From positions 1-63,031 of IMG/VR virus record IMGVR_UViG_3300045534_000064: a stretch of 63,031 nt of DNA. The stretch is one strand, 5' to 3'. The stretch's first letter is position 1. Each line of letters opens with the position of its first letter. The notes under the pieces are model-generated. The model saw nothing but the letters and a program-made list of their open reading frames with translations. It was not told the origin of the DNA and searched no databases. Below, piece by piece: positions 47,871-55,492 of the stretch. This DNA comes from a virus (lineage: Duplodnaviria > Caudoviricetes). The position numbers and the translations under genes are program-made.

Positions 47871-48097
47871 CAGAATGGCACTCCGTCCCACTTCCACGCC
47901 GGGCACCCCACGTCCTTGACCTCTGCCGGCGGCTCGATATTCCCGGCCAGCGCGCACACCCGACCGGCGACATAGTGCTGACACGCCCCGCACCCGGTGT
48001 AGATTTGCTCCAGAAAGCTGATCTCGCGTTTGAGTTCAAGCACACGGGCTTTTATTTCCGCCTTCGTGCTGTATAGCAATCCTTCTGTTGGGTTCAT
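47870..48097 (-). CDS. Small Cys-rich hypothetical protein
   Basis: CGACQH...C...GCPAW...VPF. Confidence 0.6.
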   Translation of the reverse strand: MNPTEGLLYSTKAEIKARVLELKREISFLEQIYTGCGACQHYVAGRVCALAGNIEPPAEVKDVGCPAWKWDGVPF

Positions 48098-49698
48098 GCC
48101 ACCCCCTCCTTGCTCCAATCAAACTTTGCGTCGATCACCTTCCAGAATTTGCCGTCAGGCTTAACGGTGATGCTGACCGGCATCGGAATCTTTTTTGCAT
48201 CAACCATTTGCAGAAACTCTGCCACCGTGTCCGGGCACTTGACGCCACGCTTCCAGCACCAAGCCACCGCGTGTTTGCGAACAAAGGCGCGTTCATCTTC
48301 CAGCGGCAGCCATTCATCGAAGAAAGACGCCCCGCATTCGTAAGTGACTCGGACTGAGGGCGGTTTTCCAAACTTGCGGTGCTCTCTGTACTGCACGTCA
48401 ATCACCGCGTACTGCTTTGGCTTCTCCAGCGCCGCCACGATGACGGCATCGGCAGCGGTGGTGCCGTGCGCCGGCTTTTCTTCCCACACATGGCCGCAGC
48501 CTGGGCACAGCATTACCGAGGCGTGTACCAGTTCATGACAATCCGGACATTCCTTGACCGGGGCCACGGAAATCGCGTCCTCGTCTTTGGCGCGCTTTGA
48601 CTTCACGCGGATCTGGTCAATCGGGCCGTGCCGCTCGACGTTGCCGGCGAAGTCCAGTACCAGGGTGTTTTCCTTCTTGCCATCCATGCGCAGCCCACGG
48701 CCCATGATCTGAACGTACAGGCCAACCGACTTGGTGGGGCGCAGCATCACGATGCAGTCGATCGACGGGAAATCGAAGCCGGTTGTGAGCAGCATGGCGT
48801 TGAACAGAAACCGGATTCGGCCCGCCTTGAAGTCACCGATCACACGGTCACGGGTGGTGGTGTCCATCTCCCCGGATACGTAGTCGGCTGTCCAGCCGCG
48901 GGCGCGCGCGGCCTCGGTGCAGTGCTTGGCGTGCTCGATGCCGGCACAAAACCCGAGAATGTGTTTGCGATCGCTGGCGTAGTAATTGACCTCGTGCAGC
49001 GCGCCGTGAATCAGCCCTTCTTTGTCCATGGCCGACTGCAATTCATTGGCGACAAACTCCCCGCCGCGGGTATGCACGCTCGACAGATCGGCCTTGGTGG
49101 CGCCGTTCTTTGCCACCAGAGGGCAGAGGTAGCCTTGCTTGATGAGGTCGCCCACATGGGCCTCGTAGGCCACGTCGGTAAAGACGCGGTTTTCGCCCTC
49201 GGTCAGCAGGCCCGAGTCCATGCGGTAGTGCGTGGCCGTCAGCCCGATCACTTTCAGGTGGGGGTTGTGATGCGTGAGGCCGGCCAGAAAGCGGCCATAC
49301 ATCGTGTCGGCGTTGCGCGGCACGAGGTGCGCTTCATCCACGATGACCAGATCGGTTCCGCCAAACTTGGCCGGCATCTTATGCACCGACTGGATTCCGG
49401 CGACTGTGATCTGGGCCTTTTGCTTTTGCCCGACGCCCGCCGACCAAATGCCGATCGGCGCCTGCGGCCAGTAGCGAATGATGGCCTTGGCGTCCTGTTC
49501 GATAAGCTCCTTGACGTGGGTTAGTACGACAATCCGCGTGGAGGGGTATTGCTCTATCGCTCCTTTGATGAAGGCGGCCAAGGTCAAAGACTTGCCCGCG
49601 CCGGTAGGCAGGACAATCAGAGGGTTGCCGCTGTGCGTGCCGAAGTACGCATAGAGGGCGTTGATTGCCTCGGTCTGATAGGGGCGCAGGGCGATCAT
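48094..49698 (-). CDS. SF2 DNA helicase (RadD/YejH-like) with C-terminal Zn finger
   Basis: LRPYQ, PTGAGKS, DEAH, GLTAT, TTGFD, QIMGRGLR, CPDC...CPGC. Confidence 0.93.
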   Translation of the reverse strand: MIALRPYQTEAINALYAYFGTHSGNPLIVLPTGAGKSLTLAAFIKGAIEQYPSTRIVVLTHVKELIEQDAKAIIRYWPQAPIGIWSAGVGQKQKAQITVAGIQSVHKMPAKFGGTDLVIVDEAHLVPRNADTMYGRFLAGLTHHNPHLKVIGLTATHYRMDSGLLTEGENRVFTDVAYEAHVGDLIKQGYLCPLVAKNGATKADLSSVHTRGGEFVANELQSAMDKEGLIHGALHEVNYYASDRKHILGFCAGIEHAKHCTEAARARGWTADYVSGEMDTTTRDRVIGDFKAGRIRFLFNAMLLTTGFDFPSIDCIVMLRPTKSVGLYVQIMGRGLRMDGKKENTLVLDFAGNVERHGPIDQIRVKSKRAKDEDAISVAPVKECPDCHELVHASVMLCPGCGHVWEEKPAHGTTAADAVIVAALEKPKQYAVIDVQYREHRKFGKPPSVRVTYECGASFFDEWLPLEDERAFVRKHAVAWCWKRGVKCPDTVAEFLQMVDAKKIPMPVSITVKPDGKFWKVIDAKFDWSKEGVA

Positions 49699-50012
49699 TA
49701 CGCCGCATCCTCTTTGATAAAGACACCATTCGGCATAAGCGTGCCCTTTCTGTCTTTGATTTCCTCGTAGGCTTCGGAAAGGCACTGCGTCATGTTGATG
49801 CCGCGCAGGGCGCAGTAATTGATGAGGCACACCAGCACATCGCCCACAGAGTCGGCAATCAACGGAGCATTGTTCCGGGCCTCGCCGGCGGCCAGTTCGC
49901 CCATTTCCTCGAACGCCTTAAGCAGTTGGCTGGCTGGCGTCGCGTTGGGAATGATCTTGCGGGCTTTGGCCCACTCAATGACGGCGTTTTCGAGTTGTTC
50001 GTAGGTGTTCAT
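49698..50012 (-). CDS. MazG-like nucleotide pyrophosphohydrolase
   Basis: EEMGEL...DSVGDVLV...AYEEIKDRKG. Confidence 0.85.
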   Translation of the reverse strand: MNTYEQLENAVIEWAKARKIIPNATPASQLLKAFEEMGELAAGEARNNAPLIADSVGDVLVCLINYCALRGINMTQCLSEAYEEIKDRKGTLMPNGVFIKEDAA

Positions 50013-50024
50013 GGTTTCCCCTGA

Positions 50025-51107
50025 TTAAGCAACGATGGTTGCGTTGAAAGTCGTGCGGAATTTCTCAATGTCCGGGTCGCAGATAGTCCGGTGATCGGCG
50101 GCTGCGCACACCTCCGCGCTGCGGTACGCAAACCCCACCGGCTTGTGACTCGGGTATTCGGCATCCTTGGTCAGCACCATGAAGGTTTCGCCGTTGTCCT
50201 TGCGCCGAAACTCAATCCAGTCCCCTCCCGCGTCAATGGCCTCGGCGTAGGTCAGCAGGAAGGGCAGGGGCAAGTGATCGCCACAGCCGGTGCGCTGTAC
50301 CTGAACCGGAATGTCGGCCAGCTTCTTCGAGCATGACCACCGACCGTCGCCTTGGCGCTCGGGCGTTGAATGAACGCAGGTGCGGCAGGACAAGGCCGGA
50401 ACCTTGTGGCCGTGGCACACGGCCTTGTGGTCGCACATATTGCAGACGAAGAATTTTGGGTCGTCGCTCAGTTTTGGCGGCGGCTCTGTAGAGAAGATGA
50501 TGCTTTCTGCTTTCGCCTGCATCTGCTCGAAATACACCCGGTCAAACTGGATGCGATCGGCGTAGAGTTCATCGCTGTTCTTGTTTTTCGCCAAGTATAG
50601 AGCGCGCTCCATGCCAGACTTCCCCATGTACCACTGCATCTGGGCATAGTGCTGCGGCTTGCTTTTTTGCACGCCCTTTTTGGTCACTTCGTTGAACGAC
50701 TTTTCCGAGTGGGTCTTGAACTCGACTACGTGCCACTTCATGCCCCCGCCCGGGATCTTGCGGGCGCATCCGTCCATGTGCCCGCGCATGTGGCCGCCGT
50801 GGTCTTGAAACCCGAATTGTTTGCCGGTGGCCGGATCAACGTCATAGACTTCAACCCCAATAGAGCGCAGATCGGCCACGAAGCGCGGCTCCTCGACAAA
50901 GCCGGATTGAAATAGACGGTACATGCGTCCGTCGAATTTAGGCTTGCCGGCCCAGCGGAAGTCATACCAAAGAGCGCGGGCGCATTCCTTCCCGATGATC
51001 GAGGCGCCCAGGTAGGTTCGAGAAAGCTCGCTGCCGTACCGCTTTTCGTAAGCCTCGTAGATGGCCGTGACCACCGGGCTTTCGGTGAAGTCAGAAATAT
51101 CAGTCAT
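50025..51107 (-). CDS. Cas4-like PD-(D/E)XK exonuclease
   Basis: YLGASIIGKEC.R..W, GHMDG, EFKT, Q.Q.YM, C..C.....C. Confidence 0.85.
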   Translation of the reverse strand: MTDISDFTESPVVTAIYEAYEKRYGSELSRTYLGASIIGKECARALWYDFRWAGKPKFDGRMYRLFQSGFVEEPRFVADLRSIGVEVYDVDPATGKQFGFQDHGGHMRGHMDGCARKIPGGGMKWHVVEFKTHSEKSFNEVTKKGVQKSKPQHYAQMQWYMGKSGMERALYLAKNKNSDELYADRIQFDRVYFEQMQAKAESIIFSTEPPPKLSDDPKFFVCNMCDHKAVCHGHKVPALSCRTCVHSTPERQGDGRWSCSKKLADIPVQVQRTGCGDHLPLPFLLTYAEAIDAGGDWIEFRRKDNGETFMVLTKDAEYPSHKPVGFAYRSAEVCAAADHRTICDPDIEKFRTTFNATIVA

Positions 51108-51369
51108 TGAACTTCTCCGGGTGAAAGCAGTGTTCCAAAAACTCGGCGCCGTCCATCCCATTGAGTTCAGCAAACGCGGCCTTGGCCACTGCCCTGCACG
51201 CCATGAAAACGTGATTCAACACTTGCTCTTGATCGTCCATGGTTTTGACATAGGCACTGGCTTGCGCGATGGCGAATGACATGCAACGCATAAAATACGT
51301 CAGACTGTCAGGCGAGCGGTGCCCGTCCAGGTGTTCCAGCATCTTTGCTATTTCTTCTCCGTAATCCAT
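51100..51369 (-). CDS. Hypothetical protein
   Basis: AAGGAG SD; coupled to the exonuclease. Confidence 0.65.
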   Translation of the reverse strand: MDYGEEIAKMLEHLDGHRSPDSLTYFMRCMSFAIAQASAYVKTMDDQEQVLNHVFMACRAVAKAAFAELNGMDGAEFLEHCFHPEKFND

Positions 51370-51395
51370 CGCTCGCTCCTTGGTTGTTTTTTGAA

Positions 51396-51467
51396 GTTGG
51401 TGGCCGGGATCGAACCGGCGCCTGGCGCTTGTGTGGCGCGTGCTCTGCCTGTTTGAGCTACACCAAC
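51396..51467 (-). ncRNA. tRNA-like cloverleaf (pseudo-tRNA, CAC at the anticodon position)
   Basis: Acceptor GTTGGTG/CACCAAC, D stem GCTC/GAGC, T arm GCCGG-TTCGATC-CCGGC; but A33, C27-C43 mismatch and no encoded CCA. Confidence 0.7.
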
Positions 51468-51847
51468 AAGGAGGGGGACTGGTGGGCATTCCTGTATGGG
51501 CGGGCCAGTGGCATGTACCCGCTTGGACTTCCCTGACTAGCCAATCCCCCTGCTTGTTGGCCCCCGTCTTTCCGGGGTGTCATGTTTGTGGCCGGCACTG
51601 AACTCCGGCTTGCGGTATTTGTTTGCGGTCTTTTTCGCCCGCCCATGATCTACGCCCGTCGGCCTCACCCGCTTACATGCTTCGCCGGTCAGCCCCGGCA
51701 TTCACCAACAAGGAGGGGGACTGTTACGGTTGCGACCCGTACAGAGCACCGGGATGAAGGGCGTTGCGATAGGTTGCTTGCAAGTCAGAGCCTATCCTCG
51801 CCACCCAATGACCGGCTTCGTCCTGCCAATCCCCCTGCTTGTTGGTG
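51461..51847 (-). repeat. Two copies of an inverted-arm pair enclosing variable inserts
   Basis: CACCAACAAGGAGGGGGACTG at 51461-81 and 51703-23; GCCAATCCCCCTGCTTGTTGG at 51540-60 and 51825-45. Confidence 0.92.
51584..51709 (-). ncRNA. Cloverleaf-like structured RNA with potential kissing loops
   Basis: GTTGGTG/CACAAAC closing stem; GCCGG-GGCTGA-CCGGC and GCCGG-AGTTCAGTG-CCGGC hairpins; loops GCTGA and TCAGT complementary. Confidence 0.6.
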
Positions 51848-51942
51848 CTGGTTTCTTTCCCACCAGCAAAGTCACCCATTCGGCAAGCGTCAGGGTTTGA
51901 CGCGATCACGCGGGAGGAGCCGCCCGCGCTGCCATGACGCAA

Positions 51943-52143
51943 TTACTCGCTCACAACCTCCGGCGCTTGGCCCTCCGCCTTGGCCGCGTCCTCCGCGGCT
52001 TGCAGAGCATTCAGGGCGACAAGGCGAATGTCATTGACTATCTCGGACACCTGCTCGAACGGCAGCTTGCCCAAGGCCGCGAGAATCAGATTCACATGAT
52101 CGAGCGTGAAGGTGTAATTGATGGGTACTTGGTTCGGGTTCAT
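51943..52143 (-). CDS. Hypothetical protein
   Basis: VN.IL.ALGKLPFEQV motif, AAGGA SD. Confidence 0.65.
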   Translation of the reverse strand: MNPNQVPINYTFTLDHVNLILAALGKLPFEQVSEIVNDIRLVALNALQAAEDAAKAEGQAPEVVSE

Positions 52144-52406
52144 GCTTGGTTCCTTTGGTTGGTTGTAGATTTCACGCGATAACCTTCAAGTTGCCACACC
52201 TTGTTAAGAGCATTCAATCTGGCAATTTCACGTCCGTAGGCCTCATTGAAATCTTCCGGCAGAATGCAGGCCGACTCTCCGACCACTGCAAAACCGTTTT
52301 CAAGTGTCAGGCAGCACACTGTCATGGTCGTGCCTTCAAAAACGTGGAATTGCTCTCTGGCAATCATTGATTCAAGGTGTTCAATGGTCAGTTTCATGGC
52401 GCTCAT
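52140..52406 (-). CDS. Phage gp49/gp66-family protein
   Basis: T.TVCCLTLENGF.V.GESAC..PE.F....G..IA...A..KVW.LEGY. Confidence 0.8.
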   Translation of the reverse strand: MSAMKLTIEHLESMIAREQFHVFEGTTMTVCCLTLENGFAVVGESACILPEDFNEAYGREIARLNALNKVWQLEGYRVKSTTNQRNQA

Positions 52407-52888
52407 TTCTGCCAAGGCGGGAGAACCGCCGCGGCTTGATTTTGTTGGGCAACAGCAGGCGCGGGAGCGGGGGAAAACCCCACAGCACCGCCAGCCGAAA
52501 CCGGCTCGTATTTCTTGATGACGTTGCACTGCCGTTGCTGTTTGTCCAGTTCAACCGCCACCGTCAGCAACAGGGGCTTGTTGTGCAACTCTGCCGAGTC
52601 GTTGGGCAGGATGATGCCGACGGCCCGACACACGGCGCCAAGCTCGCGCTGGGCAATCTCAATTGTGGTTTGGTTCTGGTTCCACAGATTCAATCTTGAC
52701 CACACCTTTCTATTCTTCTGCGGGCCGTCGATCACCTCGAACGTGATTTGGAGGTAGGCGCCGTCGCCACGCTTGGTCGGCTTCTTTTCGGATGCCGTGG
52801 CGATGGCGATGTATTGCCCCTCGGGCAGCGCGGAAAACTCTTGCTGTTCTGGTACTTGCGATGCGTCAAAACCGGATAGATCGGCCAT
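52403..52888 (-). CDS. ssDNA-binding protein (DUF669-like)
   Basis: LPEGQY...YLQITFEVIDG...RKVW..LNL; PPW C-terminus. Confidence 0.8.
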   Translation of the reverse strand: MADLSGFDASQVPEQQEFSALPEGQYIAIATASEKKPTKRGDGAYLQITFEVIDGPQKNRKVWSRLNLWNQNQTTIEIAQRELGAVCRAVGIILPNDSAELHNKPLLLTVAVELDKQQRQCNVIKKYEPVSAGGAVGFSPAPAPAVAQQNQAAAVLPPWQK

Positions 52889-52924
52889 GATTTCCTTCCT
52901 TTCGTCGTTGAGTTGAGAAAACCT

Positions 52925-53686
52925 TTACTTCGTTGGCGCAGACATGGCGGCAGCAAGGTTCGCCTGAAACGCCGGCCAGTTGAGGTTGCAATCCGCCATG
53001 CCGTAGCGATTGCCAGCGACATACGCCGGGTGCGGATTGACGTGCAGCTTTCGCGCGCCGGTGGTGATGGCCTTGGTTTCCTTGTTGTTGAAACCGGAAT
53101 CAACCTGCCGGGTCATGACCTCGTGAGCGCAGAATCCGATGATGTCGGCCCACTCGCTGATGATGGCCACGGCCCGCTTGTTCAGTTTCAGGCTGTAGGC
53201 GTCGTAGTCCTCGGACAGCGTTGGGTTCCGCACCTTGTTGATCTGCTCGTGCGCAATACAGATCACCGTCATATTCCGTTCGTTGCGAAGGTTGTCCAAC
53301 GCCTCGAACGTCTTGCGCCACAGGTCGTCGGCCATGACGTAGCCTTTGCCGTAGCCGATCTTCTCGATGTTATCCACCCCATTTTCGCGGCAGATTTTCG
53401 TGAGTATCAGCGGCTCAAGCCAGTCCAGCGAGTCCAGAAAGACGCTTTGGAACTCGTGCTTTTCGTTGCGCAGCGTGGTGATGGCCGAATGCACGTCCTC
53501 GTAGGTCTTTGCCAGAGGGAAGGCGGCCACGTCGATATTGTCCAGCCCTTCCTCGGTCAGTATCCCAACCGCATCCGGGGAGGTTGCGGCAAACGTCGAT
53601 TTGCCAATCTTCGGCGGCCCGTAGATAACAACCTTCGGCGCGCGCAGCCGCTTTCCGCGCGATATGCTTGATAGATCAAACGCCAT
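52925..53686 (-). CDS. Sak4-like AAA_24 ATPase / ssDNA-annealing protein
   Basis: YGPPKIGKST, LDSLDWLE, GYGKGY, IAH, EWAD. Confidence 0.88.
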   Translation of the reverse strand: MAFDLSSISRGKRLRAPKVVIYGPPKIGKSTFAATSPDAVGILTEEGLDNIDVAAFPLAKTYEDVHSAITTLRNEKHEFQSVFLDSLDWLEPLILTKICRENGVDNIEKIGYGKGYVMADDLWRKTFEALDNLRNERNMTVICIAHEQINKVRNPTLSEDYDAYSLKLNKRAVAIISEWADIIGFCAHEVMTRQVDSGFNNKETKAITTGARKLHVNPHPAYVAGNRYGMADCNLNWPAFQANLAAAMSAPTK

Positions 53687-53921
53687 TGCTCGCTCCTTCG
53701 CTCGTGATAATCCGACTCGGTTCTGCGCTCTCGCCCTTGAGATCACCCGCCGTGTCCTCAATAGCGGTGTAGTTCTTGGCCGCGCCCAGCACGCCAGACA
53801 AAAGCTGGTAGATCATGGCGTGGGCCTGGCTGGCCTCGTCCAGCTTGTCCCCGAAGTCTGCGGATACCGTCACTTGGCCGGTGGCCCCGTCGTCGGTGAT
53901 GGTGATGGATGCCTGTGCCAT
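53676..53921 (-). CDS. Hypothetical protein
   Basis: Operonic ORF. Confidence 0.6.
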   Translation of the reverse strand: MAQASITITDDGATGQVTVSADFGDKLDEASQAHAMIYQLLSGVLGAAKNYTAIEDTAGDLKGESAEPSRIITSEGASNGV

Positions 53922-53924
53922 AAA

Positions 53925-54299
53925 TCATTCCCCCTTGAGTTCGACTTCCACTGCCGTCTTGGCCGGTGTGACCGTCAGCGGCAGCAGCTTGTAAATTTCC
54001 GGCTCGTTGGCCTGTAGGTACTTGACGCCTTTTTCATCAAGCTCGGGTTTCATTTTGACCGGGCGCAGGGACGGTGGGATCTGCTCTTGCACTGACTCCC
54101 ATGCCTTCCAGTCCATCTTGCGCGACACCTTGCCGGTGATCGTCACCTTGTAGCCATCGACGTTATGCGTCTGGGCGCCCTCGTCGCGCTTGCCCAAGGC
54201 GGCGATCAGCGCCTCCTCAGCCGTGATGCGATCGGCATTCGCCTTTCGTTCGATAGCCTTCGCGCGGAGCAAAGCCTCCGCAAGCTCTTTCACTTCCAT
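53925..54299 (-). CDS. Hypothetical protein of the recombination module
   Basis: AAGGA SD; first gene of the leftward operon. Confidence 0.65.
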   Translation of the reverse strand: MEVKELAEALLRAKAIERKANADRITAEEALIAALGKRDEGAQTHNVDGYKVTITGKVSRKMDWKAWESVQEQIPPSLRPVKMKPELDEKGVKYLQANEPEIYKLLPLTVTPAKTAVEVELKGE

Positions 54300-54353
54300 C
54301 GTTCGTTCCTTTCGGTGGTTTTTTGTAATGCGTTTTGAATGCTAAACGCGAAG

Positions 54354-54366
54354 TGAGAAAAACTCA
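54354..54366. promoter_or_regulatory. Operator TGAG-AAAAA-CTCA upstream of the recombination operon
   Basis: Perfect palindrome; reverse complement of 55118-55130. Confidence 0.7.
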
Positions 54367-54402
54367 ACCATTCAAACAGCATTTCATCCCGGTTGAACGG
54401 GG

Positions 54403-55026
54403 TCAGAATTTTCTGCGAACGGTGGTTTCAGTGACGCGCCCGATGATGCGAACGCCATCGCGCAGGCGGTATGACGGATAGCGGGTGTCGTCGGCCACAA
54501 GCAATTCGTCCGGGCCTTCCTTGACGTACTTGCGCAGCACGGGTTCCCCGGCGCGCGACACCGCGGCAAGCACTACCTGACCTGGGCGAGCGTTATCCGC
54601 TCGGGATATGACGGCATAACACCCGGTCGGGCAGGTCGAGGTAAGGGCATCGGATGCAACCAGCATCCCCGCTGCGGTGTGGGGCGGATATGCCACGCAG
54701 GTTTGCAGTAATTCCTGCACCGCCTCCCACTTCCAGCGCAGCAGCGCAGAGGGAGAGACAACCGGCACAGTGAAAAGCGGCGGCGCGCCGGCCTGTTTGC
54801 GCGTCGTCAGCGCGGTGGATTCGACGCCAAGAAGCCAGTCGGCGCTCACCTGAAACCAGCGGGACAACTCGGCCAGATCCTCGGCGCTCGGCTGTGTCTT
54901 GCCGGCTTCCCACAGGTTGATTGCAGAAGCCGACCGCTTGAGTCGCTTGGCTACGTCGCGCTGTGTGACAAGGGGGTGAAGTGCCTGCCGGGCTGCGCGC
55001 AGGCGTTGGGACAAGACGGTTTTCAT
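54403..55026 (-). CDS. cI: CI-like repressor (XRE HTH plus degenerate S24 domain)
   Basis: TQRDVAKRL...AINLWEAG..QP...VSADWLL; C-terminal IIGRV; divergent from cro. Confidence 0.88.
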   Translation of the reverse strand: MKTVLSQRLRAARQALHPLVTQRDVAKRLKRSASAINLWEAGKTQPSAEDLAELSRWFQVSADWLLGVESTALTTRKQAGAPPLFTVPVVSPSALLRWKWEAVQELLQTCVAYPPHTAAGMLVASDALTSTCPTGCYAVISRADNARPGQVVLAAVSRAGEPVLRKYVKEGPDELLVADDTRYPSYRLRDGVRIIGRVTETTVRRKF

Positions 55027-55072
55027 GGTCGCTCGCTCGGGTCGGTCGATCATTCAAGGTGCATATGCTACA

Positions 55073-55130
55073 TGAGAAAAGTGCAACACCGCCAGTTTTT
55101 CTGAGCTAGAATTGGGTTGAGTTTTTCTCA
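55073..55130. promoter_or_regulatory. cI-cro operator cluster (three TGAG-N5-CTCA-like sites)
   Basis: 55073-85, 55092-104, 55118-130. Confidence 0.65.
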
Positions 55131-55146
55131 CCTCTATGACATAACC

Positions 55147-55374
55147 ATGAAAGATATGGAAACCCCGATCGGATACACAGTTGAAGGAATCGTAGGCGTT
55201 GCGGGAGGCAAGGCGGCGGTCGCTCGCGCCTGCGGAGTCAGCATTCAGTCGGTTGCAAAGTGGGGGCGACGGGTACCAGCGAAGCACGCCAGGACAGTCG
55301 CCATTCTGGCCGGGTTGCCTCTGGAAATTGTGCGGCCCGACATGGTTCGGAGTTCATCAACAGGAGGTCAATGA
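55147..55374 (+). CDS. cro: Cro-like repressor
   Basis: GGKAAVARACGVSIQSVAKW...VP...RPD. Confidence 0.85.
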   Translation: MKDMETPIGYTVEGIVGVAGGKAAVARACGVSIQSVAKWGRRVPAKHARTVAILAGLPLEIVRPDMVRSSSTGGQ

Positions 55375-55475
55375 TGCTTTGGCTTATCGTGGCTTTTTTG
55401 CTTGGAGGATTTCTGGGGATCTTGTGCATGTCATTGATGCACATAGCGGCAGAATGTGACCCGGATCGGGATTAA
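55371..55475 (+). CDS. Small membrane peptide
   Basis: AGGAGG SD; FLLGGFLGILCMSL. Confidence 0.55.
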   Translation: MMLWLIVAFLLGGFLGILCMSLMHIAAECDPDRD

Positions 55476-55492
55476 CCTGGAGGTAAGTTGCA

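Noticed and set aside
51461-51847. CRISPR mini-array paired with the Cas4-like gene
   Set aside because: Arms alternate as inverted pairs, inserts are 58-101 nt and structured, there are no other cas genes, and the nuclease sits in a standard Sak4-SSB-exonuclease-helicase module.
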